Source of the DNA: an uncultured delta proteobacterium
GTDB lineage: Bacteria > Desulfobacterota > Binatia > UBA9968
Direction: 5' to 3'
Assembly (NCBI GenBank): GCA_963760795.1
Contig: CAVXEP010000013.1
Span: 244,919-308,918 of the forward strand
Length of the DNA stretch: 64,000 nucleotides
The translations under genes were made by a program, and so were the position numbers. Each line of letters begins with the position of its first letter. Positions within the stretch are counted from its first letter, which is position 1. This document shows, piece after piece, positions 42,732 through 53,032 of this stretch. The notes under the pieces were generated by a model. It was not told the DNA's origin and did no database searches. It saw nothing but the letters and a program-made list of their open reading frames with translations.

Positions 42732-42920
42732 GAATCAAATTCTCCTTGCGCCGGGCAAAATGCTGCGCAGCTGTTCGCTTAACGTTAGAAATTCTATATT
42801 CTTGGCAGGGAGAAACTGCAAGGTGAGGTTGTTTAGGTATCAACTAATCTGGCGGGCGCCGGAAATGGCGAGCCGGACTTCTAGCAATAGCTCGAATCAA
42901 AGCCGCGAAAAAGCTTAGAA

Positions 42921-43320
42921 CTAGTTGATAGCAAAATAATCAACCATGATCTGCGGGATTTTGTCATAGTGCTCATCAGTGGTGACGACACGTAGCCCAT
43001 GCTCCATAGCGCTTGCCGCGATCCAGATATCATTGGTGGGTATTGGGGTACCGGCTTGCCATAGCGAATTGAGAATAACCGCATATCGTTCGGCGGTTTC
43101 TTCGCTCACATCCAACAATGAGACACGGGGCGACATGAGAAATCTCCTAAGCTCATCTTCATTTTTCTTTCGTCGCCCGCCCTTGATGAATCCGGCCATG
43201 AGTTCGCCAACAACAATCGAATTTAAGATAGATCTCTTCGTTGGTTCGAACCATCACACGAATTTCCTCATGGCCGCGCAGGAAGGCAGAATAAGCTGAG
43301 GTATCCAACAGCAACCGCAT
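42921..43320 (-). CDS. vapC: PIN-domain toxin (one indel)
   Basis: ATG 43320 'MRLLLDTSAY', continuing as 'GELMAGF...PIPTNDIWIAASA....VVTTDEHY'. Confidence 0.85.
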
Positions 43321-43582
43321 TACTTCCACAGCTCGGGATCTACAGTCCTTTGAGCCGCCAGGGCCTTGTCAAATTCAGCAGCTTCTTTTTTTGTCCAAGT
43401 CCCTGCGAGCGCGTCAAGGTCGTCATACTGCCGTTTCTGGGCGGTCTTTTTTTGTGTCCTTCTGCTTTTCGCTCCAATAGGCTTATCACCGCCTTATTGA
43501 CGCTGGTCCGTTTCCGCTCCGCCTCTTTGCGCACGGCCTCCGCTAATTCCGGAGGTAGGTTTCTTAGTGTGATCGCTTTCAT
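43320..43582 (-). CDS. RHH-type antitoxin (one indel)
   Basis: 'MKAITLRNLPPEL...SVNKAVISLL', shifted C-terminus 'DLDALAGTW...DPELWK'. TAATG overlap with the toxin. Confidence 0.8.
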
Positions 43583-43598
43583 GGTCTCCCCTTGGCTT

Positions 43599-43611
43599 GC
43601 ATCACTGATGC
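43599..43611. promoter_or_regulatory. Putative TA operator palindrome
   Basis: GCATCACTGATGC just upstream of the antitoxin start; further TGATGC/GCATGC copies to 43641. Confidence 0.45.
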
Positions 43612-43775
43612 GCCACTATGATGCGTGATAGCATGCCATGCTGATTGCACAAAGCGCGAATATTGAGCGGATGCCTTTTGCCGACACACCGATTCTCCAG
43701 TTGCCCCTTGTCATCAAACTCCAACTTGGGCTATGACAACGGCTTAAGCACAACATTAAAGCGGGGAGAAACAAT

Positions 43776-44644
43776 ATGGAGTACTTCGAACCGAAATCCA
43801 TCGGCGACGCCTTGTCGCTGTTGTCCAAGCATGGCGCCGAGGCCAAGGTCATCGCCGGCGGCACCGACGTGATGGTGGACATTAAATTTAAGGAGGAGCC
43901 GGGCTGCCTGGTGAATATTAAAAAAATTCCCAGTCTGGCCGGCATCTCGGAAAGCGGCGGCGCGCTGCGCATCGGCGCGCTGACCACCATCCGGGAGCTC
44001 GAAACCAGCGCGCTGGTGCGCGATAAGTTGCCCGTCCTCTGGGAAGCATCGCACCAGTTCGCATCGCTGCAAGTGCGCAACACCGCCACCATCGGCGGCA
44101 ATATCTGCCGCGCCTCACCGTCGGGTGAAACGCTCACGCCGCTTTTGGTATTGGAAGCCAACGCGTGCTGGCTTTCTCCGACGGCGAGCGCAGCGAACCG
44201 TTCAAGTCATTTTTTCAGGGACCGGGCAAAAGCGCTGCCGGCGTGAAAGGCTTGTTGACGGAAATCGAAGTGCCGATTCCACCGGCCGGCAGCAAGGGCG
44301 TTTACTTGAAGCACGCCGTGCGCGGCGCCATGGATATCGCCATGGTCGGCGTCGCGGTCCTGCTCACGCCGGATGCCGGGAAGAATAACGTGCAAGAGGT
44401 CCGCATCGGCCTGGGCGCCGTCGCGCCGACACCGCTGCGCGCGCCGAAGACCGAAGCGCTGCTGCGCGGCAAACCGCTCACCGCGGCGCTGCTCAAAGAA
44501 GCCGGCGCCCTGGCGGCCAGCGAAGCGAGTCCGATCAGCGATCAGCGCAGCAGCGCCGAGAACCGCCGCTGGATCGTCGAAGCGTTGACCCGCCGCGGTC
44601 TCGAACAAACCTGGAAAGCCGCCACCGGCAAGGAGGTAGTGTAA
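43776..44644 (+). CDS. Molybdenum hydroxylase FAD-binding (medium) subunit, one indel
   Basis: 'IAGGTD', 'VRNTATIGGNI...SP', 'IGLGAVAPTP' across ORFs 43776-44246 and 44165-44644. Confidence 0.88.
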
Positions 44645-45219
44645 TGAGCGTCACGATCAATACCACCATCAATGGCAAAGCGGTCAGCGCCAGCGCCGAA
44701 GCAGCGACTTCGCTGTTGGAATTTCTCCGCGACACTTTGGAAATGAAGGGCAGCAAGCTCTGCTGCAACACCGGCGAGTGCGGCGCCTGCACGGTGATTT
44801 ATAACGGCAAGCCGATCAACACCTGCGTGACCATGGCCGCCGACGCCAACGGCGCGCAGATCCTCACCATCGAAGGACTCGCCGACGGCGACAAGCTCCA
44901 CCCGGTGCAGCAAGCCTTCATCGACACCGGCGCGGTGCAGTGCGGCTACTGCACGCCGGGCTTCATCATGTCGGTCAAAGCACTGCTCGACCGCACCACC
45001 AAGCCGACGCCGGCGGACATCGAAGAGGCGGTCTCGGGCAACATCTGCCGCTGCACCGGCTACAACAAGATCGTCGACGCGATTCATCTCGCCGCCGATC
45101 GCATCTCAGGGAGGGCATCGTCATGGCAAAAGCTGAATTCAAAGTCGTCGGCACCAGCCCGGCAAGAATGGGCGGCATCGACCGCGTCATCGGCAAGGGC
45201 GTTTACGGCATCGACCTGA
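44644..45219 (+). CDS. Molybdenum hydroxylase (2Fe-2S) small subunit (true end probably near 45125)
   Basis: 'C..GECGACTV', 'QCGYCTPG', 'GNICRCTGY'. Confidence 0.88.
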   Translation: MSVTINTTINGKAVSASAEAATSLLEFLRDTLEMKGSKLCCNTGECGACTVIYNGKPINTCVTMAADANGAQILTIEGLADGDKLHPVQQAFIDTGAVQCGYCTPGFIMSVKALLDRTTKPTPADIEEAVSGNICRCTGYNKIVDAIHLAADRISGRASSWQKLNSKSSAPARQEWAASTASSARAFTAST

Positions 45220-47405
45220 TGCTCAAAGACCAACTGCAGGGCGCGATACTGCGCAGCCAATACGCCCACGCGAAAATTATCAGCATCGACACCAGCGAAG
45301 CGAAGAAAATTCCCGGCGTCCACGCCGTGGTCACCGCTGAAGATGCCCCCAACGTGCGCTATGGCCGCAGCTACATCGACCGCCACATTCTCGCGCGCGG
45401 CAAAGTGCGTTTCATGGGCGACCCGGTCGCCGCCGTCGCCGCCGAATCTCTGGCCATCGCCAAGCAGGCGCTCAAAAAAATCAAAGTCACCTACGAGCCG
45501 CTGCCGGTGGCGCTCGACGCCGAGGAAGCGACCAAACCAGACGCACCGGTGCTGCACGAAGATATGCCGCTGCCGAAAACCACTCCGGCTGGGATGAAGA
45601 ACGTCTGCGGCCACGCTGTCGTCCATGTCGGCGATCCCGACAAGGCGATGGCCGAAGCCGATCTCGTAGTCGAGGAAGTTTACGAAACCAAGATGATCCA
45701 TCCGCAGTATTTGGAGCCGCGCATGGCCGCGGCGCAGATGGAACCCAACGGACGGCTGACGGTTTGGGCCAACGCCCAAGCGCCGTTCCCCGTACGCCAG
45801 GAAACGGCGAAGATGCTGGGCCTGCGATTGAATGACGTGCGCGTCATCTCCGCCGGCTTGGGCGGCGGATTTGGCGGCAAAGGCAGCGGCATCACTTCAG
45901 GCGCCGCCGTCGAGCCGATCTGCGGCCTGTTGGCGATCAAAGCCAAGCGTGCCGTAATGATCGTCCTCGACAAGGCCGAGGAAACGATCTCGACAACGAT
46001 TCGCTCCGGCGCGCGCATGTACATCAAAACCGGCGTGAAAAAAGACGGCACCATTCTCGCCCGCACCGGCAAAGTCTTCTACGACGCCGGCGGCTACTCC
46101 GGCTTTGGCGTTCAGGCCGGCGGCCGCTGCACCAACATGCTCGGCGGCTGGTACTTGATGCCCAACTGCCACATCGAGGGCTTTACGGTCTACACCAACA
46201 AACAGGTGTGCGGCCCAGTGCGCGGCCCTGGCGGCCCGCAAGCCGCGTTTGCGGTCGAGTCGCACATGGACTCCATCGCCGCCAAGCTCGGCATGGACCC
46301 GACGGAATTCCGCCTTAAGAACATGCCTAAAGCCGGTGATAAGATCGTCGGCGTGCCCAAGCTGCGCGATGTGTCGCTGGGTGAAACGATCCGCATCGCC
46401 AAGGAGAAGATCGGTTGGGGCAAAGTGAAGCTGGAAAAGAACCAGGGCATCGGCCTCGCCACGGGATCCTGGATCGAGAGCGCCGGTCCCGGCGGCGGCT
46501 CGATTGTAAAAGTGAATGAAGACGGCTCGGTGACAGTGCACATCGGTAAGATCGACATGGGCACCATCCCCGGTTTCGGTATTCCCATGATTGTTGCCGA
46601 GGAGCTCGGTATCCCGGTGAGCGATGTCACTGTCGTCAATGTCGATACCGACGCAAGCCCATGGGACGCGGGCACGGTCGGCAGCCGGGGCATCCTGGTG
46701 TCCGGCACCGCATCCCGGCTCGCAGCCATCGACGCGCGCAATCAGCTGTTTAAAATGGCCGCGGGCAAACTGGAAGCGAGCCCGGACGATTTGGAGATCG
46801 TCGACAAGCAGATCCGGGTCAAAGGCACGCCGGCGAAAACGATCGCACTGGCGACGGTCGCCACCGACGCGCACAACGTCATCGGCGAAGTGATTGGCCG
46901 CGGCTACTGCGATAACCTGGCATTGGTAGCCGAAGAAAAAGCCCACGGCAGCTCGCAGCCATTCACCACCCATGCCTGCATCGTCGAAGTCGACACCATG
47001 ACCGGCAACGTGAAGATTTTGAAATACGTCGCCGTCCACGACATCGGCCAGCCGATTCATCTGGCCGCCGTTGAAGGCCAAGTCGAAGGCGCGACAGCGA
47101 TGAGCATCGGCCAAGCGCTGTGCGAACAAGTCGTCTTCGACAACGAAGGCAGAACATTGAACCCGTCTTTCGTCGATTATCTGATGCCGACCATCAACAT
47201 GATGCCGCGCATCGAGACGACGCTAGTCGAAGGCTTCCCCGGCGCCGGCCCCTACGGCGCCAAAGGCGCCGGCGAAATCGCCTGCGTCCCGCCGATGGCG
47301 TGTATCGCCAACGCGATTTACAACGCCACCGGCGTGCGAGTTACGAAGTTGCCGTTGAGTCCGGAGAATGTGCTGCGGGCTTTGAAGGAGGCGGGGAAGG
47401 CGTAG
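45123..47405 (+). CDS. Xanthine dehydrogenase-family molybdopterin-binding large subunit
   Basis: 'LGGGFGGK', 'GPVRGPGGPQAAFAVE', 'GTVGSRG', 'GAKGAGE'. ATG 45123 after GGAGG. Confidence 0.92.
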   Translation: MAKAEFKVVGTSPARMGGIDRVIGKGVYGIDLMLKDQLQGAILRSQYAHAKIISIDTSEAKKIPGVHAVVTAEDAPNVRYGRSYIDRHILARGKVRFMGDPVAAVAAESLAIAKQALKKIKVTYEPLPVALDAEEATKPDAPVLHEDMPLPKTTPAGMKNVCGHAVVHVGDPDKAMAEADLVVEEVYETKMIHPQYLEPRMAAAQMEPNGRLTVWANAQAPFPVRQETAKMLGLRLNDVRVISAGLGGGFGGKGSGITSGAAVEPICGLLAIKAKRAVMIVLDKAEETISTTIRSGARMYIKTGVKKDGTILARTGKVFYDAGGYSGFGVQAGGRCTNMLGGWYLMPNCHIEGFTVYTNKQVCGPVRGPGGPQAAFAVESHMDSIAAKLGMDPTEFRLKNMPKAGDKIVGVPKLRDVSLGETIRIAKEKIGWGKVKLEKNQGIGLATGSWIESAGPGGGSIVKVNEDGSVTVHIGKIDMGTIPGFGIPMIVAEELGIPVSDVTVVNVDTDASPWDAGTVGSRGILVSGTASRLAAIDARNQLFKMAAGKLEASPDDLEIVDKQIRVKGTPAKTIALATVATDAHNVIGEVIGRGYCDNLALVAEEKAHGSSQPFTTHACIVEVDTMTGNVKILKYVAVHDIGQPIHLAAVEGQVEGATAMSIGQALCEQVVFDNEGRTLNPSFVDYLMPTINMMPRIETTLVEGFPGAGPYGAKGAGEIACVPPMACIANAIYNATGVRVTKLPLSPENVLRALKEAGKA

Positions 47406-47520
47406 AATGAGTCGGCAACAAGAATTCAGGGTTCTCGTAGGGGCGGGTTTTAAACCGCCCTTTTTGCCCAAGTAGAAGTAAACGAAAAGCTAAACTGCTG
47501 TTAGGTCGAAGGAGTTCGCC

Positions 47521-48525
47521 ATGAAAACCCGCAGCATTTTTCTTATCGCGTTTTTGTTAGTGGCCCCTTGCCTCGGCTTCGCCCAAAACCAGGAGCTGAT
47601 CAGCAAGGCAGAGAAAGAGGGCGAGGTGATTATTTATGCGACGATGTCGGTGGCGGATTTCGCCCACCTAGCCAAGGCCTTTAAAGAGAAATATCCCCGT
47701 ATCAACCTGCGCCATATTTCCTTGCCGTCCTCGCGCCAAACGGCGCGCGTGATGCAGGAGTTCCGCGCCGGCGCTGTGCAAGCCGACGTTTTGGGCAACA
47801 GTCCCGATGCGTTGCTGTATCTGAAACAACAAGGAGTTGTCGGCCAGTATCGGTCGCCGGAGGCTAAGAATCTATTTCAGGGTTCGTGGGACAGCGACGG
47901 TTTTTGGTTCGGCATAACGACGGATCTCCTTGTGACCGGCTTCAATCCCCGGCTGCTTTCAAAGGCCGCGGTGCCAAAGAGTTATGACGATTACTTGCGG
48001 CCGCAGATGAAAGGGCAGCTCGCGCTCAATCGCGGGGTGCCTTATCCGCTCACCGGCATGGTCTCGCTGCGCGGGGAAGAACAAGGCATTGCCTATTTCA
48101 AAAGATTGAGCCAGCAGGATTTGCGCTTGATCGGCGATTTCAATCACATGGTCAACCTGATGGCGGCCGGCGAATATTCCCTTACCGGTTTCATGCAGGT
48201 CTCCAAACTAGACGCCATGAAGCGCAAAGAAGCGCCGGTGGATTGGGTGGCAGCGCCGCAGACATTGGCGACGATTGCCAGCATCGGCATGGTGAAAAAC
48301 CCGCTGCATCCGGCAGGAGCGCAGTTATTGATCGATTTCTATCTTTCGGCCGAAGGCCAACGCGCCTTGGCAGCCGCAGGAAAGATCCCGCTGCGTAAAG
48401 GCGTGAAGAGCCCATCCAAAGACATCGATCAGGTACTCGATAGCGGCAACTTGCACGTCATTCGCCCCGACAATAGCTACGATAAGTATATGAAGATTTA
48501 CAACGAGTACCTGGGGGTCAGATAG
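47521..48525 (+). CDS. Extracellular solute-binding protein (Fe3+/AfuA-like, distant paralog)
   Basis: Signal peptide; 'AEKEGEVIIY', 'HPAGAQLLIDFYLSAEGQ'. Confidence 0.88.
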   Translation: MKTRSIFLIAFLLVAPCLGFAQNQELISKAEKEGEVIIYATMSVADFAHLAKAFKEKYPRINLRHISLPSSRQTARVMQEFRAGAVQADVLGNSPDALLYLKQQGVVGQYRSPEAKNLFQGSWDSDGFWFGITTDLLVTGFNPRLLSKAAVPKSYDDYLRPQMKGQLALNRGVPYPLTGMVSLRGEEQGIAYFKRLSQQDLRLIGDFNHMVNLMAAGEYSLTGFMQVSKLDAMKRKEAPVDWVAAPQTLATIASIGMVKNPLHPAGAQLLIDFYLSAEGQRALAAAGKIPLRKGVKSPSKDIDQVLDSGNLHVIRPDNSYDKYMKIYNEYLGVR

Positions 48526-48684
48526 GCCCCCTACGGCGCCAAAGGCGCCGGCGAAATCGCCTGCGTCCCGCCGATGGCGTGTATCGCCAACGCGATCTTC
48601 AACGCGACTGGAGTGCGGGTGACCAAGCTGGCGTTGAGTCCGGAGAATGTGCTGCGAGGGTTGAAGGAGGCGGGGAAGGCTTAG
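48526..48684 (+). repeat. Diverged duplicate of the last ~52 codons of the Mo-hydroxylase large subunit gene
   Basis: Direct repeat of 47247-47405 including TAG. The first ~65 nt are identical; the remainder shows mostly synonymous changes. Confidence 0.92.
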
Positions 48685-48710
48685 AGCGTCTGGAAATATG
48701 GTGCTTAGTT

Positions 48711-48738
48711 AAAGGGCGACCATGCGGTCGCCCTTTTT
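48711..48738 (+). terminator. Rho-independent terminator
   Basis: AAAGGGCGACC-ATGC-GGTCGCCCTTTTT. Confidence 0.7.
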
Positions 48739-49180
48739 ATTGCTGGTTGAACACAGGAAAAACTCTCAACAGGCAGTTCAGTCCTCTGTCCTAAAAATTT
48801 CTCGTAATGGTGCGATTAGCTCTGTTATTAAAAAACTGAATAACATTGTTATTTAGTTTTTATATTGGACAATAACTCCGCATCGGAGGTAGAAAGCCGG
48901 AGACAGAATCGTATTCAACAGGGCTGTTACCCTTGCTCGGAAACTCTATTATTTAGACTGCGTTGATTAAAGGTCCCTATATGGCAAACGCGCGATCAAG
49001 AGAACCCACCAGACGGTCGGCAAAAAAACGACAGTCGTCCAGAAATGCGGAGTCTCCGCTCATCATCTACATTCACCGGAGTCGCATTGCTATTTTTCGC
49101 GCTCGCGTTTCTCTGCCGCGACTCTAACACGCGGAGTCATCGGGCGGCACCGCGTGAGCACCAAATCGTCTCTACCCACG

Positions 49181-49218
49181 TTGCCGGCATGCCCACGGCA
49201 TGCTAACGTACCGGCATG
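49181..49218 (+). promoter_or_regulatory. Putative sigma70 promoter with GGCATG operator repeats; leaderless TA transcript
   Basis: TTGCCG-17 nt-TAACGT with extended TG; ATG 7 nt downstream; GGCATG at 49186, 49197 and 49213. Confidence 0.55.
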
Positions 49219-49449
49219 GCAAATATTCAGGTCAAAAACATACCGGAGAAGCTGCACAACCAGCTGCGCCGGTACGCGCGCCAGCAGGAGTGCACCCTTG
49301 GCGAGATCGTCTTGGAAGCCATCGAGCGGGAAGTCGCACGGCGGGAATGGCACAAGCGCTTCTCCACCCGGCCGATGACCAGGCTCGGCACTTCGGCGGC
49401 AGCCCTGCTAGAGGAGGAACGCCGGCAGCGCAGCAGTGAGCTACCGTGA
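49216..49449 (+). CDS. RHH (FitA-like) antitoxin
   Basis: 'MANIQVKNIPEKLH..LR..A'; GTGA overlap with the PIN gene. Confidence 0.85.
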   Translation: MANIQVKNIPEKLHNQLRRYARQQECTLGEIVLEAIEREVARREWHKRFSTRPMTRLGTSAAALLEEERRQRSSELP

Positions 49450-49847
49450 GCCGCTACGTCATTGATGCGTCGGCCGCCACGGAATATCTGCTTCGGACGC
49501 CGTTGGGGCTGAAACTTGTCGACATCCTTAACGATGCGACGCTGCTGGCGCCAGAGTTGTTCGATGTCGAAGTGTTGTCGGTGCTACGACGCGCGGTGCT
49601 TCGCGGCGAGCTTTCCGACCAACGGGCGGCACTTGCTCTCGATGACCTGACGGATTGGGGCGTCGATCGAATTCCCCACCTGCGACTGCTCCGAGTAGCA
49701 TGGCAACACCGCAACAATGCTAGTGCCTACGACGCTTTTTATGTCGCCGCCGCGCGTATCGCCAATGCAACGCTGCTCACGGCCGATGGCCCGCTATCCC
49801 GCGCACCTTCCCTTGGCATCACCGTGGAGAATATCAGGTTGCCGTAG
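49446..49847 (+). CDS. vapC: PIN-domain toxin
   Basis: 'VIDASA', 'APELFDVEV', 'AYDAFYVA', 'LLTAD'. Confidence 0.9.
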   Translation: MSRYVIDASAATEYLLRTPLGLKLVDILNDATLLAPELFDVEVLSVLRRAVLRGELSDQRAALALDDLTDWGVDRIPHLRLLRVAWQHRNNASAYDAFYVAAARIANATLLTADGPLSRAPSLGITVENIRLP

Positions 49848-50114
49848 CCTGAATTTCAACTCCGATCAGTGAAACACAAACACAGAGATTAGGGCAACCT
49901 TGCCATTCATTCTGTCCTCAATAAGGTCGAGTCCACCGCGACACGCTCCACCGGGCATTGCAGACGTTCTCGACCTGCACTAGAGTCGGGCCGCAAAGAG
50001 GGATCGTCACACGAGGCAAGACCCGAACCTACTAGGGAGGGATAATGGACTACAGCCGGGTTGCACACGTGAGGCTCACGCCTTTTGAATTGTGGACCCA
50101 GTCCGAAGGCTCCA

Positions 50115-50330
50115 ATTCATCACGACGCGCACGATCTCCGCGCTCGCCACAACGTGCTTTGCCGCTGTAGCGGCCCCCGCCTAGGCCTGCTGGACGAGGT
50201 TCTCTATGGTCCGGACTCAAGTCGAAAACCGTCACAGGAAACCCGTCTTCAAGACGTTCAACACCATCGGATTGGCCATGTTGCCGAGAGCGATAAACGC
50301 TGCTGAAACCGTAATGAGGTTCTCCGCCAT
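50115..50330 (-). pseudogene. Decayed N-terminus of a beta-hydroxyacid dehydrogenase
   Basis: 'FIALGNMANPMVLNVLKTGF', then shifted 'PVTVFDLSP', with stops. Resembles the start of 14027-14878. Confidence 0.6.
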
Positions 50331-50372
50331 TCATCGCCGAGACTGAATCAGCCAAATCTAAGGAAGACAAAT

Positions 50373-51401
50373 ATGAAGACCGCGTACGCAAGCGCCGCGC
50401 TCGCCCTCGCCCTGGCAGCATCACCGGCTATCGCTCAGAACGTAAAAATCACGCCGGTCGGCTCGCACCCCGGCGAGCTTTGCGCGAACGATCGCGCGAC
50501 GATATTCGAAGATCCGACCGGCGTTCGCATCCTCTACGACGTGGCCCACAATGTCACCGGCGCCGACGACCCGCGGCTGGGCGAGATCCACCTGGTGCTG
50601 TTGAGCCATGTCCACGGCGACCACATCGGCGACCAGAAGCTGAAGGCGCTGGGCGCCGGCACGTGCGCGAACTCGGACAGGGTGCCGGCGGGTCCGAATT
50701 CCATGACAGCCGAAGTCGCCGCAGCGAAGAACGCAGCGCTCGTGATGACCAGAGACATCAGCGCGTTTGATCGGCGCGCAAAATCCAGAATATCCGCGGC
50801 GGCAAGCCGATAACCTCCTGCCCGCAAACCGATGGTGCGACCAACGTCCCGGTCGCAGCGGTGTGCCGCTCGAACACGGATCTCGGCGGCGTCTTCATCG
50901 CGAAGGCGCCCAACGCATCGCAAGGCGTGGAAATCACGATCGTTTACGCTTCGCACGCGAACAACGTGCCGCCGGCGCTCCTCTCCGAGGCGCAACGCGC
51001 GACCCTGAACGCCGACGGCGCCGGCCTCGATTTCGGACCGCCCACCGGCTTCGTCGTCAAGTTCACCAACGGGCTCACCGCTTATCTCTCGGGCGACACC
51101 GGCATCCACACGCGAGATGAAAACGGTCGTGAACGAGTACCACAAGGCGAATCTCGCGGTGCTCAATCTCGGACCGAACGCGGGAACCGTCATGTCGGCC
51201 GCGCACGCGATGAACGAGCTCGTCCGGCCCGCATCGGTGATCCTCACCCACCCGAACGAGGCCGTGACCGAAGGCGGCAAGCTGAGGCCCGCTTCGCGCA
51301 CCGCGGCGCTGATCAAGCAACTGAAGGGCACCGCGCACCTTGCCATCAGCGGGCGCACGATGGAGTTCGACGGCAAGGGCAAGTGCGTTGCCGGATGCTG
51401 A
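50373..51401 (+). CDS. Secreted MBL-fold metallo-hydrolase, frameshifted
   Basis: Signal peptide; 'SHVHGDHIG', 'AYLSGDTG', 'ILTH' across three fragments. Confidence 0.8.
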
Positions 51402-51479
51402 TATCAAGGTCGAGTTACGATCCGCAACGCGACAATTCTCGCGAGCCGGTAATAGCCGGCGCGACAGCGGAGTCAAATC

Positions 51480-51916
51480 ATGAGTAGCGATATGTATCGA
51501 AGCATCGACTTGGAATCCTTCATACAAGCGGCGGGCGATGCGATCATCGCGGTGGGGAATGACGGTAAGATCTTACTATGGAACCCGGCGGCCGAGCGAA
51601 TTTTCGGTTTCACGGCAAAGGATGCCATTGGCCAATCCCTCGACCTGATTATTCCCGAACGATTTCGCGAGCGCCACTGGAACGGTTTTCACCAGGTGAT
51701 GCTTTCGGGCCATTCTCGTTATGGCACCGAAGTACTGCGCGTGCCGGCTCTGCACAAAGACGGGCGCGCTCTCTCCATCGCGTTTACAGTTGCTCTGGTG
51801 AATTCGCCCGACAGTGAATCTCGTCAATTGTTGCAATCGTTCGCGATGAGACTCAACGATGGAATGAGGAACGCGAGCTGCGGCGCCGGATAGCCGAGTT
51901 GGAGCGCCCGACTTAG
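51480..51916 (+). CDS. Stand-alone PAS-domain protein (C-terminal indel)
   Basis: 'DAII....G.I..WNPAAERIFGF....AIGQSLDLIIPE'. Confidence 0.8.
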
Positions 51917-52288
51917 TGATACTCAAGAAGGTGATTCGAGAAGAAGAGACAAGTCGCATCGTTCCTCTTGATAGTCACCCTTATCGAGTGCGATTCCGAC
52001 GATTCCTTGGAGGACACAACGCTGACAAATTCTATGAAAATGTTGTCCGGTTAAACGCGAGAGCTAAGGACGGGAATCGGGACAGGGCCTTTCAATCTAG
52101 ACAATCTTAGTCAACCTCTCCGATTGGAAATGCTGTCACGCGATGGAAACATCGCGAATTCGACGCTGACTAAAAACCAAGGCATAGCCTCAGTTGGCTA
52201 ACGACCACATGCTCCAGCCATGCGTCTCTCCGGGCCCGATTTGACAACCCCACAGCGGTCTCGTAGCATTACTGCTCAGAGGCTTCCC

Positions 52289-52570
52289 ATGGAAAATCTG
52301 GCTCACACGACGCAACACCCATACATTGTTTCGCAAAAGGATTTTTGCGGCGGTAGTCCGGTGATTCGAGGCAGCAAATTTCCGGTCCGCTCCGTCGTCA
52401 ATTACGTGCTCCGTCAAGGTCTTTCGCCAGAAGAACTCGTAAAGGAATTCTCTCATCTAACCCTTGCGCAGATCTACGACGCGCTTTCGTATTATTACGA
52501 TCACCAAGAATCAATCGATAACGACCTCCGGGACAATTCAGCCGACTCAACAACAGAAGCCGCGAGTTGA
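52289..52570 (+). CDS. DUF433 antitoxin-like protein
   Basis: 'CGGSPVIRGSKFPV', 'LTLAQIYDALSYYYDH'. Confidence 0.88.
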   Translation: MENLAHTTQHPYIVSQKDFCGGSPVIRGSKFPVRSVVNYVLRQGLSPEELVKEFSHLTLAQIYDALSYYYDHQESIDNDLRDNSADSTTEAAS

Positions 52571-52917
52571 TGGCTCAGATCAGCCTGCTGCTCGACGAAG
52601 ATGTGCGGCCGTTGCTGGCCGAGATTCTTCGCCAGCGAGGCTACGATGCGGTCCACGTCTTGGACTTGGAGCGCACGGGCAAAACCGACGCTGAACAACT
52701 TGAATTTGCTGTGAGCCAGCAACGATCTATTCTCACCCACAATATTCGAGATTTTCTTGGGCTTGATCGGCATTATCGGACAAGCGGTAGAGAACACGTC
52801 GGCATACTACTCGCCGATCAAGTAACACTGCGGGACTTACTGCGAAGAACATTACGTTTCCTGGGACAACACAGCACTGACGATTTGAAAAACAATGTTT
52901 TCTGGTTGAAGGCATGA
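52570..52917 (+). CDS. DUF5615 PIN-like protein
   Basis: 'LLLDEDV', 'GYDAVHV', 'D.EQL.FA....R.ILTHN..DF', 'H.GI'. Confidence 0.85.
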   Translation: MAQISLLLDEDVRPLLAEILRQRGYDAVHVLDLERTGKTDAEQLEFAVSQQRSILTHNIRDFLGLDRHYRTSGREHVGILLADQVTLRDLLRRTLRFLGQHSTDDLKNNVFWLKA

Positions 52918-53032
52918 GACTAAAAGTTTTAAACCTCGCCGTGCTAAACAATCAACGCAACTCGTTCAGCGATGGCGTAGGCGCTACTTATTGATTTCAT
53001 TGCTCCTTGATTTCGAACCAGTCCGCAGCCAA

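Noticed and set aside
13883-47129. Long antisense ORFs (e.g. 13883-15172, 17912-18940, 19209-20075, 24053-24751, 45897-47129)
   Set aside because: They are shadows of GC-rich genes on the opposite strand and have no recognisable motifs.
43776-47405. Aerobic CO dehydrogenase coxMSL
   Set aside because: The active-site loop lacks AYXCSFR/AYRGAGR and no cox accessory genes are present.
47247-48684. DGR template/variable repeat pair (also considered for 25292/26255 and the GAF repeats)
   Set aside because: Differences are not adenine-specific but mostly synonymous, and no reverse transcriptase gene is present.
51916-52110. 64-aa ORF after the PAS gene
   Set aside because: No RBS or recognisable motif; not enough support to call a gene.
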